Origin: an uncultured Jatrophihabitans sp. | GTDB lineage: Bacteria > Actinomycetota > Actinomycetes > Mycobacteriales > Jatrophihabitantaceae | Direction of reading: 5' to 3' | DNA: 64,000 nt | Assembly: GCA_964244175.1 (NCBI GenBank) | Contig: CAXTHY010000009.1 | Span: forward strand, 29-64,028 | Part shown: in pieces, positions 35,709 to 45,134 of the stretch | Layout of the letters: each line of letters begins with the position of its first letter | Numbering within the stretch: position 1 is the first letter of the stretch | Translations under genes and position numbers: made by a program | Notes under the pieces: generated by a model | Seen by the model: only the letters and a program-made list of their open reading frames with translations | Told to the model about the DNA's origin: nothing | Databases searched by the model: none

Positions 35709-37297
35709 GTGGTCATCGTGGCCGCCGACGCGTCAGTAGTCACGGGCGGCGTCTCCAGCGTCGACTTCGGGCCGGTGAACCAGTTCTTCACCGACACGTG
35801 CCACGCGATCCACAGGATGAGCAGCAACCCAATGACGACGAGCGGCGTGTAGTTGACGAACTTCCAGGCGAAGCCGTCATACCACGGCGCCCCACCGGTC
35901 GAGGTCGGGAACATCGCCACGAGCGAGGTCAGCAGGATCTCGAGCACGGCCAGCGGGGCCATCCAGCGGTACTTGCCCCCCAACGTCCACTTGCCGACCT
36001 TGAACGCGCTGCCGGCCTTCCACCGCAGGTAGATCGGGATCGCGAAGGCGAGGTACAGCCCGACGACGCCGATCGAGACGACGGCGAAGAACGCCACCGG
36101 CACCGGTGCGCCGTTGATGTCAACCTTGATCAACGCCGGCAGCGTCAGCACCACCGCGATCACCGCCGACGCGAGCACACCCTGCACCGGCACCCGCTTG
36201 GCGTTGAGCCGCGACAGGTACTTCGCCCCGGGCACGGCGCCGTCGCGGCTGAACGCGAACATCATCCGCGACGTCGAGGTCATGCAGGCGACGGTGCAGA
36301 AGAACTGGCCCGCCGTCGAGATGATCAGGACGAGACCGCCCCAGTTGCTGCTCAGCGCCTGCTGGAAGATCGAGATCGAACTGCCGCCGGCCTTGGTGAC
36401 CCCGCTTTCGTCCTGCACCGCGAACAGGAAGCTCAGCAGCAGCACCCAACCGCCGATCGCGGAGTAGAGGATCGAGCGCCAGATGCCCTTGGCCGACGCG
36501 TTCGCAGCCGATTTCGTCTCCTCCGAGAGGTGGGCCGACGCGTCGTAGCCGGTGATCGTGTACTGCGTGAGGATGGCCGACAGCGGCAGCACGATCAGGA
36601 TGAAGCCGGCGCCGCTGGTGTGCCCGCCGAAGAAGCCGGTGTTGTTCACGGTGTGGGTGAATACCGACGACACGCTGGCGTGATGCTTCGGGACCACGAC
36701 CAGGATCAGCACGACCGCCAGCGCGCCGGCCACATGCCACCAGACCGAGATGTTGTTCAGGATCGCCAGCAGGTGGGACGAGAAGATGTTCACCGCCGCG
36801 GCCAGGGCCAGGATGATCACGAACTCGAGGAAGACCCGGTTGAGGCTGTAGTCGGCCGCCCACGAGTCGCTGTAGGTGCCGACCACCGTGTCGAAGAACG
36901 AGGCGCAGCCATAGGCGACGGACGCATCGATCGCCAGCAACCCCACCAGGTTGAGCCAGCCGGTGTAGTAGCCGGCCTTCGCGCCACCGAGCTTGGACGC
37001 CCACCAGTAGATGCCGCCCGAGGTGGGCATGGCCGAAACCAGCTCGGACATGCACAGCCCGATGACCAGGATCAGCGCGGCGACGACCGGCCAGCCCCAC
37101 GCGATCGCGGCCGGGCCGCCACCGTTCCAGCCCAGCCCGAAGCTGGTGAAGCAGCCGGCCAGGATCGAGATGATCGAGAACGAGATCGCGAAGTTGGAGA
37201 AGCCCGACCACGACCGGTTCAATTCCTGCTTGTAGCCGAGTGCGGCCAGCTCGTCCTCGTCGGTGTCGACGGGCGGTTGTTCGGCGATGGTCGACAC
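35705..37297 (-). CDS. APC-family amino acid/ethanolamine permease
   Basis: 531 aa from GTG 37297, with GGGAG upstream. 12-TM APC pattern (FSNFAISFSIISILAGCFTSFGLGW..., SGGIYWWASKLGG). Only the 3' third of the 1379-aa ORF 35705..39844 is used. Confidence 0.85.
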   Translation of the reverse strand: MSTIAEQPPVDTDEDELAALGYKQELNRSWSGFSNFAISFSIISILAGCFTSFGLGWNGGGPAAIAWGWPVVAALILVIGLCMSELVSAMPTSGGIYWWASKLGGAKAGYYTGWLNLVGLLAIDASVAYGCASFFDTVVGTYSDSWAADYSLNRVFLEFVIILALAAAVNIFSSHLLAILNNISVWWHVAGALAVVLILVVVPKHHASVSSVFTHTVNNTGFFGGHTSGAGFILIVLPLSAILTQYTITGYDASAHLSEETKSAANASAKGIWRSILYSAIGGWVLLLSFLFAVQDESGVTKAGGSSISIFQQALSSNWGGLVLIISTAGQFFCTVACMTSTSRMMFAFSRDGAVPGAKYLSRLNAKRVPVQGVLASAVIAVVLTLPALIKVDINGAPVPVAFFAVVSIGVVGLYLAFAIPIYLRWKAGSAFKVGKWTLGGKYRWMAPLAVLEILLTSLVAMFPTSTGGAPWYDGFAWKFVNYTPLVVIGLLLILWIAWHVSVKNWFTGPKSTLETPPVTTDASAATMTT

Positions 37298-37330
37298 GAT
37301 GCGGCTCCCTGACTCGGTGACCGCACAACT

Positions 37331-38341
37331 ATGGGAGGGCTCTTTACGGACCCGGTGTCCGGCGCGTTGCCGCCGTGTTTCCGCGATACTGGCCGGGTGC
37401 CTGACGACGACACCCCCCTCGGCCCGGTCGACGCGGCGCTCGTCCCCCGCTACGCCGGGCTGACGACCTTCGCCCGCCTGCCCCGCCGCGAGGACGTCGC
37501 CCGCATGGACGTCGCCGTGGTCGGCGTGCCGTTCGACTCCGGCGTCAGCTACCGCCCGGGCGCGCGGTTCGGCCCGTCGCACATCCGGCAGAGCTCGCGG
37601 CTGCTGCGCCCGTACAACCCGGCGCAGGATCACGCCCCGTTCGCGACCCAGCAGGTCGTCGATGCCGGCGACATCGCGGTCAACCCCTTCGACATCCAGC
37701 AGGCCATCGCCGAGATCGAGGCGGCCGCGCGCGAACTCAGCGCCGGGGCCAAGCTGCTCACGCTCGGCGGCGACCACACGATCGTGCTGCCGTTGCTGCG
37801 GGCGATGCACGCGCGGCACGGCCCGATCGCGGTGCTGCACTTCGACGCCCACCTCGACACCTGGGACACCTACTTCGGCGAGCCCTACACGCACGGCACC
37901 CCGTTCCGCCGCGCGTCCGAAGAGGGCCTGCTCGACCGTGAGCACTGCATGCACGTGGGCATCCGCGGGCCGCTGTACTCCGAGCGCGACCTGCCCGAGT
38001 CGGCCGACCTCGGCTTCGCCGTCGTGCACAGCACCGAGCTGGACGAGCTGGGCGTCCCCGCCGTCGTCGAGCGTGTCCGGGCCCGACTGGGTGATCGGCC
38101 CGTGTACGTCTCGGTCGACATCGACGTGCTTGACCCGGCGCACGCACCCGGCACCGGCACACCCGAGGCCGGCGGCCTCACCTCGCGCGAGCTGCTGGCC
38201 ATCGTGCGCGGGCTGGCCGGGCTCGACGTGGTGTCGGCCGACGTTGTCGAGGTGGCGCCGGCCTACGACCACGCCGAGATCACCGGCATCGCCGCCGCCC
38301 ACGTCGCTTACGAATTGTTGTCGCTGTTCGCTGCGAAGTGA
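37331..38341 (+). CDS. Ureohydrolase (agmatinase / guanidino-acid hydrolase family)
   Basis: Mn-binding motifs: [35 protein letters not shown]. Start uncertain (ATG 37331 or a downstream GTG). Confidence 0.85.
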   Translation: MGGLFTDPVSGALPPCFRDTGRVPDDDTPLGPVDAALVPRYAGLTTFARLPRREDVARMDVAVVGVPFDSGVSYRPGARFGPSHIRQSSRLLRPYNPAQDHAPFATQQVVDAGDIAVNPFDIQQAIAEIEAAARELSAGAKLLTLGGDHTIVLPLLRAMHARHGPIAVLHFDAHLDTWDTYFGEPYTHGTPFRRASEEGLLDREHCMHVGIRGPLYSERDLPESADLGFAVVHSTELDELGVPAVVERVRARLGDRPVYVSVDIDVLDPAHAPGTGTPEAGGLTSRELLAIVRGLAGLDVVSADVVEVAPAYDHAEITGIAAAHVAYELLSLFAAK

Positions 38342-38368
38342 CACTATCCCGCGGGTAGGACAGGACGC

Positions 38369-39856
38369 ATGGCGACGCCCACGCAGGACAAGTCCGCGCC
38401 GGAGAAGAAGATCAGCGGCCTGGAGACGCGCTCGATCGACTACGTCCCCCTGGACGAGCGGCACGGCAAGCTCTGGCACCTGGGCCCGCTGTGGTTCATG
38501 TCCAACGCGCAGATCGCGACGCTGGCTGTCGGGCTGATCAGCATCACCGAGGGCGGCACACTGCTGTGGTCGATCATCGCGATCGTGGCGGGCATTCTGC
38601 TCGGCACGCTGTTCATGGCCTTCCACTCGGCGCAGGGGCCGCAGCTCGGGCTGCCGCAGATGATCCAGTCGCGGCCGCAGTTCGGCTACCTCGGCGCGCT
38701 GCTGGTCTGGCTCTTCGCCTACATCCAGTACGCCGGCTTCAACGTGTTCAACAGCGTGCTCGGCGCCGAGGCCATGCACACGACCGCGCACGGCAGCACC
38801 AAGCTCTGGATCGTCGTCGTCACCGTCGTCGCGTTCGTCATCGCGATGGTCGGCTACGACATCATCCACAAGGCCGAGCAGGCGCTGACCTACCTCATGC
38901 TCGGCATCTTCGGTCTGTTCACCGTCGCCCTGTTCTTCCTGCACTACCCGGCCGGCACGTTCGAGCTCGGCACCTTCAAGACCACGCCGTTCCTGGCCCA
39001 GTTCGGCGTCGTGGCCGGCTACCAGATCAGCTGGGCCATCTACGTTTCGGACTACTCGCGCTACCTGCCGCCGGGCGTCACCGTGCGCAAGACCTTCTAC
39101 TGGACGTACTGGGGTTCGGCCCTGGGCGGCGCCTGGCTGATGATCGTCGGGTCCGTCCTGGTCGCGTGGGTCGGGCTGAACAAGTTCGACGGCTCGGGCA
39201 TCGCCGAGATCAACGCCGCCGGCGACCATGTGTTCAACGGCTTCGGGGCGATCGTGCTCATCCTGTCGGCGCTCGGGCTCGTATCGGTGATGGCCCTCAA
39301 CATGTACGGCGGCTCGCTCACCCTGATCAGCGCGATCGACTCGTTCAAGCGGGTCCGCCCGACGGTCGGCGTACGCATCTTCACCGTCGGCCTCACCGCG
39401 GTGCTGTCGCTCGTCGGCGCGCTCGCGGCCAGCGCGAACTTCCTCTCGAACTTCAACAACTTCTTGCTGATGGTGCTCTACCTGTTCATTCCGTGGACGG
39501 CGGTGAACCTGGTCGACTACTACGTCGTGCGCCGCGGTCATTACGCCATCGCCGAGATCTTCAACCCCAACGGCATGTACGGGCGGTGGGGGTGGCGCGG
39601 AATCATCTCCTACCTCGTCGGCTTCGCGGCCATGATCCCGTTCTTCTCGGTCGGCGCCCCGCCCAACGACCTGTTCATCGGCCCGGTGGCGAACGCCCTC
39701 GACGGTGCCGACATCTCGCTGTTCATCGGCCTGCCGGTGGCCGGGATCCTGTACTGGTTGCTGTGCCGCAGCATCGACGTTGCGGCCGAGACCAAGGTGG
39801 CCGAGGCCGAGGCGAAGGAACTGGAGAAAGCCGCGCACGAGCACCAGCAGCCGTGA
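38369..39856 (+). CDS. NCS1 (purine-cytosine/hydantoin-type permease) family transporter
   Basis: 495 aa. YVPLDERHGKLWHLGPLWFMSNAQI plus a 12-TM pattern. GTGA overlap with the amidase gene. Confidence 0.85.
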   Translation: MATPTQDKSAPEKKISGLETRSIDYVPLDERHGKLWHLGPLWFMSNAQIATLAVGLISITEGGTLLWSIIAIVAGILLGTLFMAFHSAQGPQLGLPQMIQSRPQFGYLGALLVWLFAYIQYAGFNVFNSVLGAEAMHTTAHGSTKLWIVVVTVVAFVIAMVGYDIIHKAEQALTYLMLGIFGLFTVALFFLHYPAGTFELGTFKTTPFLAQFGVVAGYQISWAIYVSDYSRYLPPGVTVRKTFYWTYWGSALGGAWLMIVGSVLVAWVGLNKFDGSGIAEINAAGDHVFNGFGAIVLILSALGLVSVMALNMYGGSLTLISAIDSFKRVRPTVGVRIFTVGLTAVLSLVGALAASANFLSNFNNFLLMVLYLFIPWTAVNLVDYYVVRRGHYAIAEIFNPNGMYGRWGWRGIISYLVGFAAMIPFFSVGAPPNDLFIGPVANALDGADISLFIGLPVAGILYWLLCRSIDVAAETKVAEAEAKELEKAAHEHQQP

Positions 39857-41244
39857 CCGACGCCTGGGCCGCGGCCGCGGCGATCCGTTCGGGTTCGGCC
39901 TCGGCTCTCGACGGCGTCGAGGCGGCGCTGGCGCGTATCGCGGCCGTCGATGGTGAACTCAACGCGTTCACCGTGGTCACGGGCGCGGCCGCGCGGGCGC
40001 GGGCCGCGGCCGTCGACGCGGGCTCAGTGCACGGGCCGCTGGCCGGCGTCCCGATCGCGATCAAGGACCATGTCTGGCTGGCCGGTGTGCCCGCCACCAA
40101 CGGCTCCCGCGCGCTGCGTGACTACGTGCCCGATCGCAGCTGCGCCTGCGTTTCGCGGCTCGTCGAGGCGGGCGCGATCGTCGTCGGCAAGACCAACAAT
40201 CCGGAGTTCTGCTACCGCGGCGTCACCGACAACGAGCTGTTCGGGCCGACCCGCAACCCGCGTGACCGCACCCGCACGACCGGCGGCTCGAGCGGCGGAT
40301 CAGCGGCTGCGGTCGCCGCCGGGCTGGTGCCCCTGGCGGTCGGCACCGACGGTGGCGGCTCGATCCGCATCCCGTCGGCGTTCTGCGGCACATACGGGCT
40401 GAAGCCGACCTTCGGGCTCGTCCCCAAGCTGCCGGGCTTCCGCGGCTGGCCGACGCTGTCGGTGACTGGCCCGATCGCCGGGTCGGTGCGCGATCTCGCG
40501 CTGGCGTTGTCGGTGATGGCGGGTCCGTCCGCAGACGACCAGCTCTCGTGGGTCGGCGCGCCCGGTGACTACCTGGCGGCGGTGACCGCGCCGTCGTGGG
40601 CCGGAGTGCGGGTGATGGTCTCGGCCGACCTCGGTTTCGCCGAGCTCGACCCGGACGTGCGGTCGTCGTTCGCAGCGGCCGTCCAACTCGTGACGGCGGC
40701 CGGTGCACAGATCGTCGAGATTGCGCCGCCCACGGAAGACCCGACGCAGTTGTGGGACGCGATCGCGCTGCCGGAGGGCTACGCATCGGACGGTCCACTG
40801 GTCGAGGCGCAGCCCGAGCTCGTTGGTGCGGACGCGGCCGCGATCGCCCTGGCCGGGCGTGACGTCTCGGCGCGGGCCTACCTCGACGCGCAGGAGGCCC
40901 GGTACGCGTACGCCGCCGGGTGGGACGCGTTCTTCACCCAGGCCGATGTCGTGCTGACGCCGACGATGCCGGTGACCGCGTTCGATGTCGGCCGCCTGGC
41001 CCCGGCCACGATCGACGGCCGGGCCGTGCCCGAGTCGTTCGATGCGTGGTGCGCGCTCGCGTTGCCGGCGAACCTGGCCGGGCTGCCCGCGGCCAGCGTG
41101 CCGATCGGCGCGGGCCGCGACGGGCTGCCGGTGGGGCTGCAGGTGCTGGGCCGCCGCGGTGACGACACTGCGGTGCTGCAGGTCGCGGCCCTGGTCGATG
41201 CCGCCGTCCGCGCTGCCGTCCGCGCCCCGTCTCCTTCGCGATGA
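39853..41244 (+). CDS. Amidase-signature family amidase
   Basis: 463 aa from GTG 39853. Motifs: GVPIAIKD, GKTNNPEF, GGSSGGSAAAVAAG, GTDGGGSIRIPSAFCG. Confidence 0.85.
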   Translation: MTDAWAAAAAIRSGSASALDGVEAALARIAAVDGELNAFTVVTGAAARARAAAVDAGSVHGPLAGVPIAIKDHVWLAGVPATNGSRALRDYVPDRSCACVSRLVEAGAIVVGKTNNPEFCYRGVTDNELFGPTRNPRDRTRTTGGSSGGSAAAVAAGLVPLAVGTDGGGSIRIPSAFCGTYGLKPTFGLVPKLPGFRGWPTLSVTGPIAGSVRDLALALSVMAGPSADDQLSWVGAPGDYLAAVTAPSWAGVRVMVSADLGFAELDPDVRSSFAAAVQLVTAAGAQIVEIAPPTEDPTQLWDAIALPEGYASDGPLVEAQPELVGADAAAIALAGRDVSARAYLDAQEARYAYAAGWDAFFTQADVVLTPTMPVTAFDVGRLAPATIDGRAVPESFDAWCALALPANLAGLPAASVPIGAGRDGLPVGLQVLGRRGDDTAVLQVAALVDAAVRAAVRAPSPSR

Positions 41245-41289
41245 TCGCGGTGCCTGCACGCGAATCTGCGTGCAGGCACCGAGATCATC
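41240..41289. terminator. 22-bp-arm hairpin between convergent operons (probable bidirectional terminator)
   Basis: GATGATCGCGGTGCCTGCACGC-gaatct-GCGTGCAGGCACCGAGATCATC, with one arm mismatch. It starts at the amidase stop codon, and the creatininase gene ends at 41323. There is no U-tract. Confidence 0.55.
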
Positions 41290-41322
41290 AAGCAGTGGGA
41301 CGCGCCGGCCCGCCACGAACCT

Positions 41323-42099
41323 TCAGCTGGGCAGGAAGGTCGCGATCTCGTGCAGCGCGTCGACGCAGCCGGCGACGCCCGCCTCGAAATGCGCCTTGCC
41401 CGCCTCGGCGCTCGCCCCGGTCGGGTCGCCGATGGTGCCGTCGGTGCCGAAGTCGTCGGACAGCCAGCCGAAGCTGACGGGCTTGCCGAAGCCGACCTTC
41501 GCGTAGCGCGCAACGTTCTCCGGAACCGAACGCACCGCGCTTTCCATGTGCACGAGGTCCGGACGCAGGTGCAACATCACCGACGTCTCGGTGTGCCCGC
41601 CGTGGATGCCGAGCCCGAGCTCGTCAGGAACGTTGCCGCGATCGGGGCCGCCCTGGTCGATGGGCACGCTGGGGTGCATCAGGAATGTCCGCAGCCCGAA
41701 TTCGCGGCGCAGCTCGCGGCAGGCCACCTGCAGCAGCGCGCTGTTGCCGCCGTGCCCGTTGAGGAACACCAGCCGTCGGGCGGGTGACGCGGCCACCGAG
41801 CGGCCGATGTCGACGAGCACCCGCATCAGCGTGTCCCACGACAGCCAGATCGTGCCCGAACTCCAGGAGTGCTCGTCGGACTTGGTGAAGGCGAGTGTGG
41901 GCAGCCGCCAGATGTCGAGGCCGGCGCCGGCGGCCTCGGCGGTGACGGCTGCGCTCGTCGCGTCGGCCACCGTGTAGTCGGTCGAGACGGGCAGGTGCGC
42001 GCCGTGCTGCTCGACCGCGCCGAGGCCGAGCAGCACGATCGAGTCGGGGCCGAGCGTGGCCACCGAGCCGGGGCCGGTGAGATCGACGAACTCGGGCAT
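41323..42099 (-). CDS. Creatininase-family amidohydrolase
   Basis: 258 aa. LGLGAVEQHGAHLPVSTD and NGHGGN motifs. GAGGAG RBS, and 15 nt after the upstream stop. Confidence 0.85.
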   Translation of the reverse strand: MPEFVDLTGPGSVATLGPDSIVLLGLGAVEQHGAHLPVSTDYTVADATSAAVTAEAAGAGLDIWRLPTLAFTKSDEHSWSSGTIWLSWDTLMRVLVDIGRSVAASPARRLVFLNGHGGNSALLQVACRELRREFGLRTFLMHPSVPIDQGGPDRGNVPDELGLGIHGGHTETSVMLHLRPDLVHMESAVRSVPENVARYAKVGFGKPVSFGWLSDDFGTDGTIGDPTGASAEAGKAHFEAGVAGCVDALHEIATFLPS

Positions 42100-42114
42100 G
42101 ACGCTCCTCGGGTC

Positions 42115-43437
42115 TCAGGCGGCGGCGAGCTTGCCCGGGTTGAGCAGGCCCTTCGGGTCGTAGCGGTCGAGCACGGCGCGGATGCCGTCGATGCGCCGAT
42201 CGAGAATCCACGTGTGCGGGCTGTGGATGCCGACGCCGAGCTCGCCCAGCTCGCGCATCCCGCGGTAGACGTCGTCCTCGCTGACGTAGGGCGCCATCAG
42301 CATGCCGACGAGCGCGTCGCGCATCTTCTCGAGGTGGATGACGCTGCCGGCATAGACCGCGCGCACGTCGTCCGGACGGTCGCCGAGCACGTCGCCGCCG
42401 ACCTCGAGGTGGAACCAGTGGTCGGGCGTGCGCTTCTGCATGTGGAACGTCGTGTGGTTGAACGACAGGGACGTCACGCGATCGGAGCCCTTGCCGCCGG
42501 GGCGCACGTCGAGCACCTCACCACCGTGCTCGACCAACAGCGCGCGGGCCGCGTCGACCGTCCCGATCTCGACGATGGCCCGCAGAGACAGGCGCTGCGG
42601 GTCGAGGGCGCGCCGATCGCTGGGCAGGTCGGCCACGATGCTGGCCTCGTCGCCGGAGATCAGCCGCGGCGCCTCGGCCAGGCCGACGGCGAGCGCCCGC
42701 ATGGCCGCCACCAGCGCGGCGTAGTCGGTGAAGGCGGCGAACAGGCCGGCCCACTCATGGATCGGCTCCGTCATCACCGTGGCGCGCGAGATGATCCCGG
42801 TGGTGCCGTAGGCGTGCACGAACGGCAGCGTCTCGGCGCCCTCGATGTGGCGCAGGCCGGGTTCGCCGTCGCACGCGGCGACGTCCAGGGCGCGCACGAA
42901 CCCGTCGGCGTTGGTGCCGTGCCGCAGCGAGCCGGTGCCGCCGCTGCCGCCGGCGAGGAAGCCACCGAGCGTCGAACCCTTGGTCGACGGGAACATCCAC
43001 AGCTCGCGGCCGTGCTCGGCCAGCACGTCCTCGAGATCACGCATGCGCACGCCCGCCTCAGCGGTCACTGTCTCGTCGTCGACGGACAAGATGCGGCGGC
43101 AATCGCTCACGTCGATGACCACGCCGCCGTGCAGCGGGATGGCCTGGCCGTAGTTGCCCAGGCCGGTGCCGCGGGCGGTCACCGGCACGTCCAACTCGTA
43201 GGCGTGCGAGACGACGACGGCGATCTCGTCGGCATTGCGCGGCGTCACGACGACATCGGCCAGCCCGGCCGGCAGCTTGGCGGTGAGGATCGGCGACATG
43301 TGGGCCCAGTCGACCGACAGCCGCTCGCGGCGCTGCTCGTCGAGCGTCACCGACTCCTTCCCGAGCTCCGAGCGCACCCGCGCCACGAACTCGGCGATCC
43401 GCAACTCGCGTTCGGTGCTGGTGTCGGCCGCCGTCAC
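42115..43437 (-). CDS. FAD-binding (FAD_binding_4 / GlcD-like) oxidoreductase
   Basis: PRNADEIAVVVSHAYELDVPVTARGTGLGNYGQAIP. Start uncertain: GTG 43437 is preferred because it leaves 77 nt to the divergent gene. The ORF is open to ATG 43512. Confidence 0.75.
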   Translation of the reverse strand: MTAADTSTERELRIAEFVARVRSELGKESVTLDEQRRERLSVDWAHMSPILTAKLPAGLADVVVTPRNADEIAVVVSHAYELDVPVTARGTGLGNYGQAIPLHGGVVIDVSDCRRILSVDDETVTAEAGVRMRDLEDVLAEHGRELWMFPSTKGSTLGGFLAGGSGGTGSLRHGTNADGFVRALDVAACDGEPGLRHIEGAETLPFVHAYGTTGIISRATVMTEPIHEWAGLFAAFTDYAALVAAMRALAVGLAEAPRLISGDEASIVADLPSDRRALDPQRLSLRAIVEIGTVDAARALLVEHGGEVLDVRPGGKGSDRVTSLSFNHTTFHMQKRTPDHWFHLEVGGDVLGDRPDDVRAVYAGSVIHLEKMRDALVGMLMAPYVSEDDVYRGMRELGELGVGIHSPHTWILDRRIDGIRAVLDRYDPKGLLNPGKLAAA

Positions 43438-43514
43438 CCGAGCGAACCTAATCGGGCCATGTTTCGCGCCGGTGACGAGACGTGCCGGAAACACCCGGGT
43501 GCTGTGCTGCACTG

Positions 43515-45074
43515 GTGAACGACCTGCCGGCCACCGCGGACGTGGTCGTGGTCGGTGGCGGGCACAACGGGTTGGCCTGCGCCGCCTACCTGGCCCGGGC
43601 CGGCCGCCTGGTGGTGCTGCTCGAAGCGCGCGCGTCGCTCGGTGGCTGCGCCTCGACCGTCGACGCCATCGGGGCGCGGGTCAACATCTGCAACTGCGAC
43701 CACACGATGGTGCTGGCCAGCGGCATCGTCGACGACCTCGACCTGGCTGCCCACGGGCTGCGCTACCTCGACGTCGATCCGGTGTCGGTCGCTGTCGGGT
43801 GGGACGAAGCGACGCCGCCGTTCGTGCAATGGCGCAGCATCGAGCGCACGATCGACGGGCTGCGCCGCACCGACCCGACCGCCGCAGACGCGTACCGGCG
43901 TTACCTGGCCGCGGCGTTGCCCGTCGCCCGGCTGATGCTGGAGGTGCAGCGCGGCCGGCCGACCATGACGGCGATCGCCGCCGCGGCCGGTCGACGCAGG
44001 CTGCGCGGCAGCACCACCTTGCTGCGCTGGGCCCGCTCGACCGTGCTCGACGTGATGAGCGGCTTCGGCCTGCCGTCGTGGCTGATCGCCGCCGTCGCGA
44101 CCAGCGGGCCGGCCGTGTGGGGACTGCCACCCGACGCCGCCGGCACCGGTCTGGCCGCGCTGGGACCGGCGGTGCGGCATCTGGTCGGGGTGGGTCGCCC
44201 GGTGGGCGGTAGCGGTTCGTTGCCGGCGGCGCTCGCGGCCTGCGCCATTGCGCACGGCGCCCGACTGGTCACCGGCGTGCCGGTCGACGGCCTGCTCGTC
44301 GAGCACGGGGCCGTGCGCGGAGTGCGTACGAGAGCCGGCGAGGTCCGCGCGCGTTCTGTCGTCGCGGCGATCGACCCGAATGTCGTGGTGCGTGACTGGC
44401 TCGGCGCGGTCGAGGCCGGTACGGCCCTGCGCGCCGCCTATGCCCGTGCCGAACCCGGTGACGGGTACGAGTCGAAGCTCGACGCCGTGGTGGGTGCGGT
44501 GCCGGTGCCGCAGGCGCTGCTCGCCCTGCCCGAGGACGTCCTGCCCGCCGCCTCGCGCGGCGTCGCCACGACGCTGTTCTGCCCGACGCCGGCGCAGCAG
44601 ATCGCCGCGGTGGCCGCGCGGCGGGCAGGGCGGGTGTCGGATCCGCCGATGTTCCTGGTCAACGTCGCGTCGGTGCTCGACGAGACGATGCGGCCCGCCC
44701 CCGACGCGCACCTGCTCAGCCTCGAGGTGCTGTGGACGCCGTACGCCCTGGCCGGGGGCTGGGCCGGGTCGAGCGAACCGTACGGCTGGCTCGAGCGGCT
44801 GGCCACGCAGTGCGCGCCCGGCCTGCTGGACTCGGTGCGCGAGTGGCGGGTGGTCACCCCGGTTGACTACGAGCGCGACTTCGGGTTGGCCCGCGGGTAC
44901 GCGCCGTCGTACCCGGGCAGCGTGCTGGCCACCCTGCTCGGCCGCCGCCGTGAGCTGTCGCGCTACCGCACGCCGGTCGACGGGCTTTACCTCACCGGGG
45001 CCGGCACGTTCCCGGGCGCCGGCGTGTGGGGAGCGAGCGGACGCAATGCCGCGGCCACCGTCCTGGCCGCGTGA
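43515..45074 (+). CDS. NAD(P)/FAD-dependent oxidoreductase of the phytoene-desaturase (CrtI-like) family
   Basis: GTG 43515. DVVVVGGGHNGLACAAYLARAG dinucleotide-binding motif. C-terminal LYLTGAGTFPGAGVWGASG. Confidence 0.8.
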   Translation: MNDLPATADVVVVGGGHNGLACAAYLARAGRLVVLLEARASLGGCASTVDAIGARVNICNCDHTMVLASGIVDDLDLAAHGLRYLDVDPVSVAVGWDEATPPFVQWRSIERTIDGLRRTDPTAADAYRRYLAAALPVARLMLEVQRGRPTMTAIAAAAGRRRLRGSTTLLRWARSTVLDVMSGFGLPSWLIAAVATSGPAVWGLPPDAAGTGLAALGPAVRHLVGVGRPVGGSGSLPAALAACAIAHGARLVTGVPVDGLLVEHGAVRGVRTRAGEVRARSVVAAIDPNVVVRDWLGAVEAGTALRAAYARAEPGDGYESKLDAVVGAVPVPQALLALPEDVLPAASRGVATTLFCPTPAQQIAAVAARRAGRVSDPPMFLVNVASVLDETMRPAPDAHLLSLEVLWTPYALAGGWAGSSEPYGWLERLATQCAPGLLDSVREWRVVTPVDYERDFGLARGYAPSYPGSVLATLLGRRRELSRYRTPVDGLYLTGAGTFPGAGVWGASGRNAAATVLAA

Positions 45075-45134
45075 CGCCGCAGCCGTCGGCCATCCGGCCC
45101 CGCGGGCGACAACCCGCGGGACCGGCAGCCTGCG

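Noticed and set aside
33589-37297. Cobalamin riboswitch upstream of the eut or corrinoid operons
   Set aside because: I looked in the leaders (37298-37330 and 16569-16677) and did not see a region long enough, or a B12-box-like conserved core. This is rejected by eye only, and a covariance-model scan would be decisive.
35705-39844. 1379-aa ORF on the minus strand, the longest in the window
   Set aside because: Only its last 531 codons (35705-37297) look like a real protein (APC permease). The upstream part is Arg/Gly/Asp/His-rich low-complexity sequence lying antisense to the well-supported agmatinase and NCS1 permease genes. Such open antisense frames are expected in very GC-rich DNA.
38491-41244. 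917-aa ORF apparently fusing a long N-terminal region to the amidase
   Set aside because: The 5' 454 codons are an out-of-frame read of the NCS1 permease gene (Arg/Pro/Ala-rich). The real amidase starts at GTG 39853, overlapping the permease stop.
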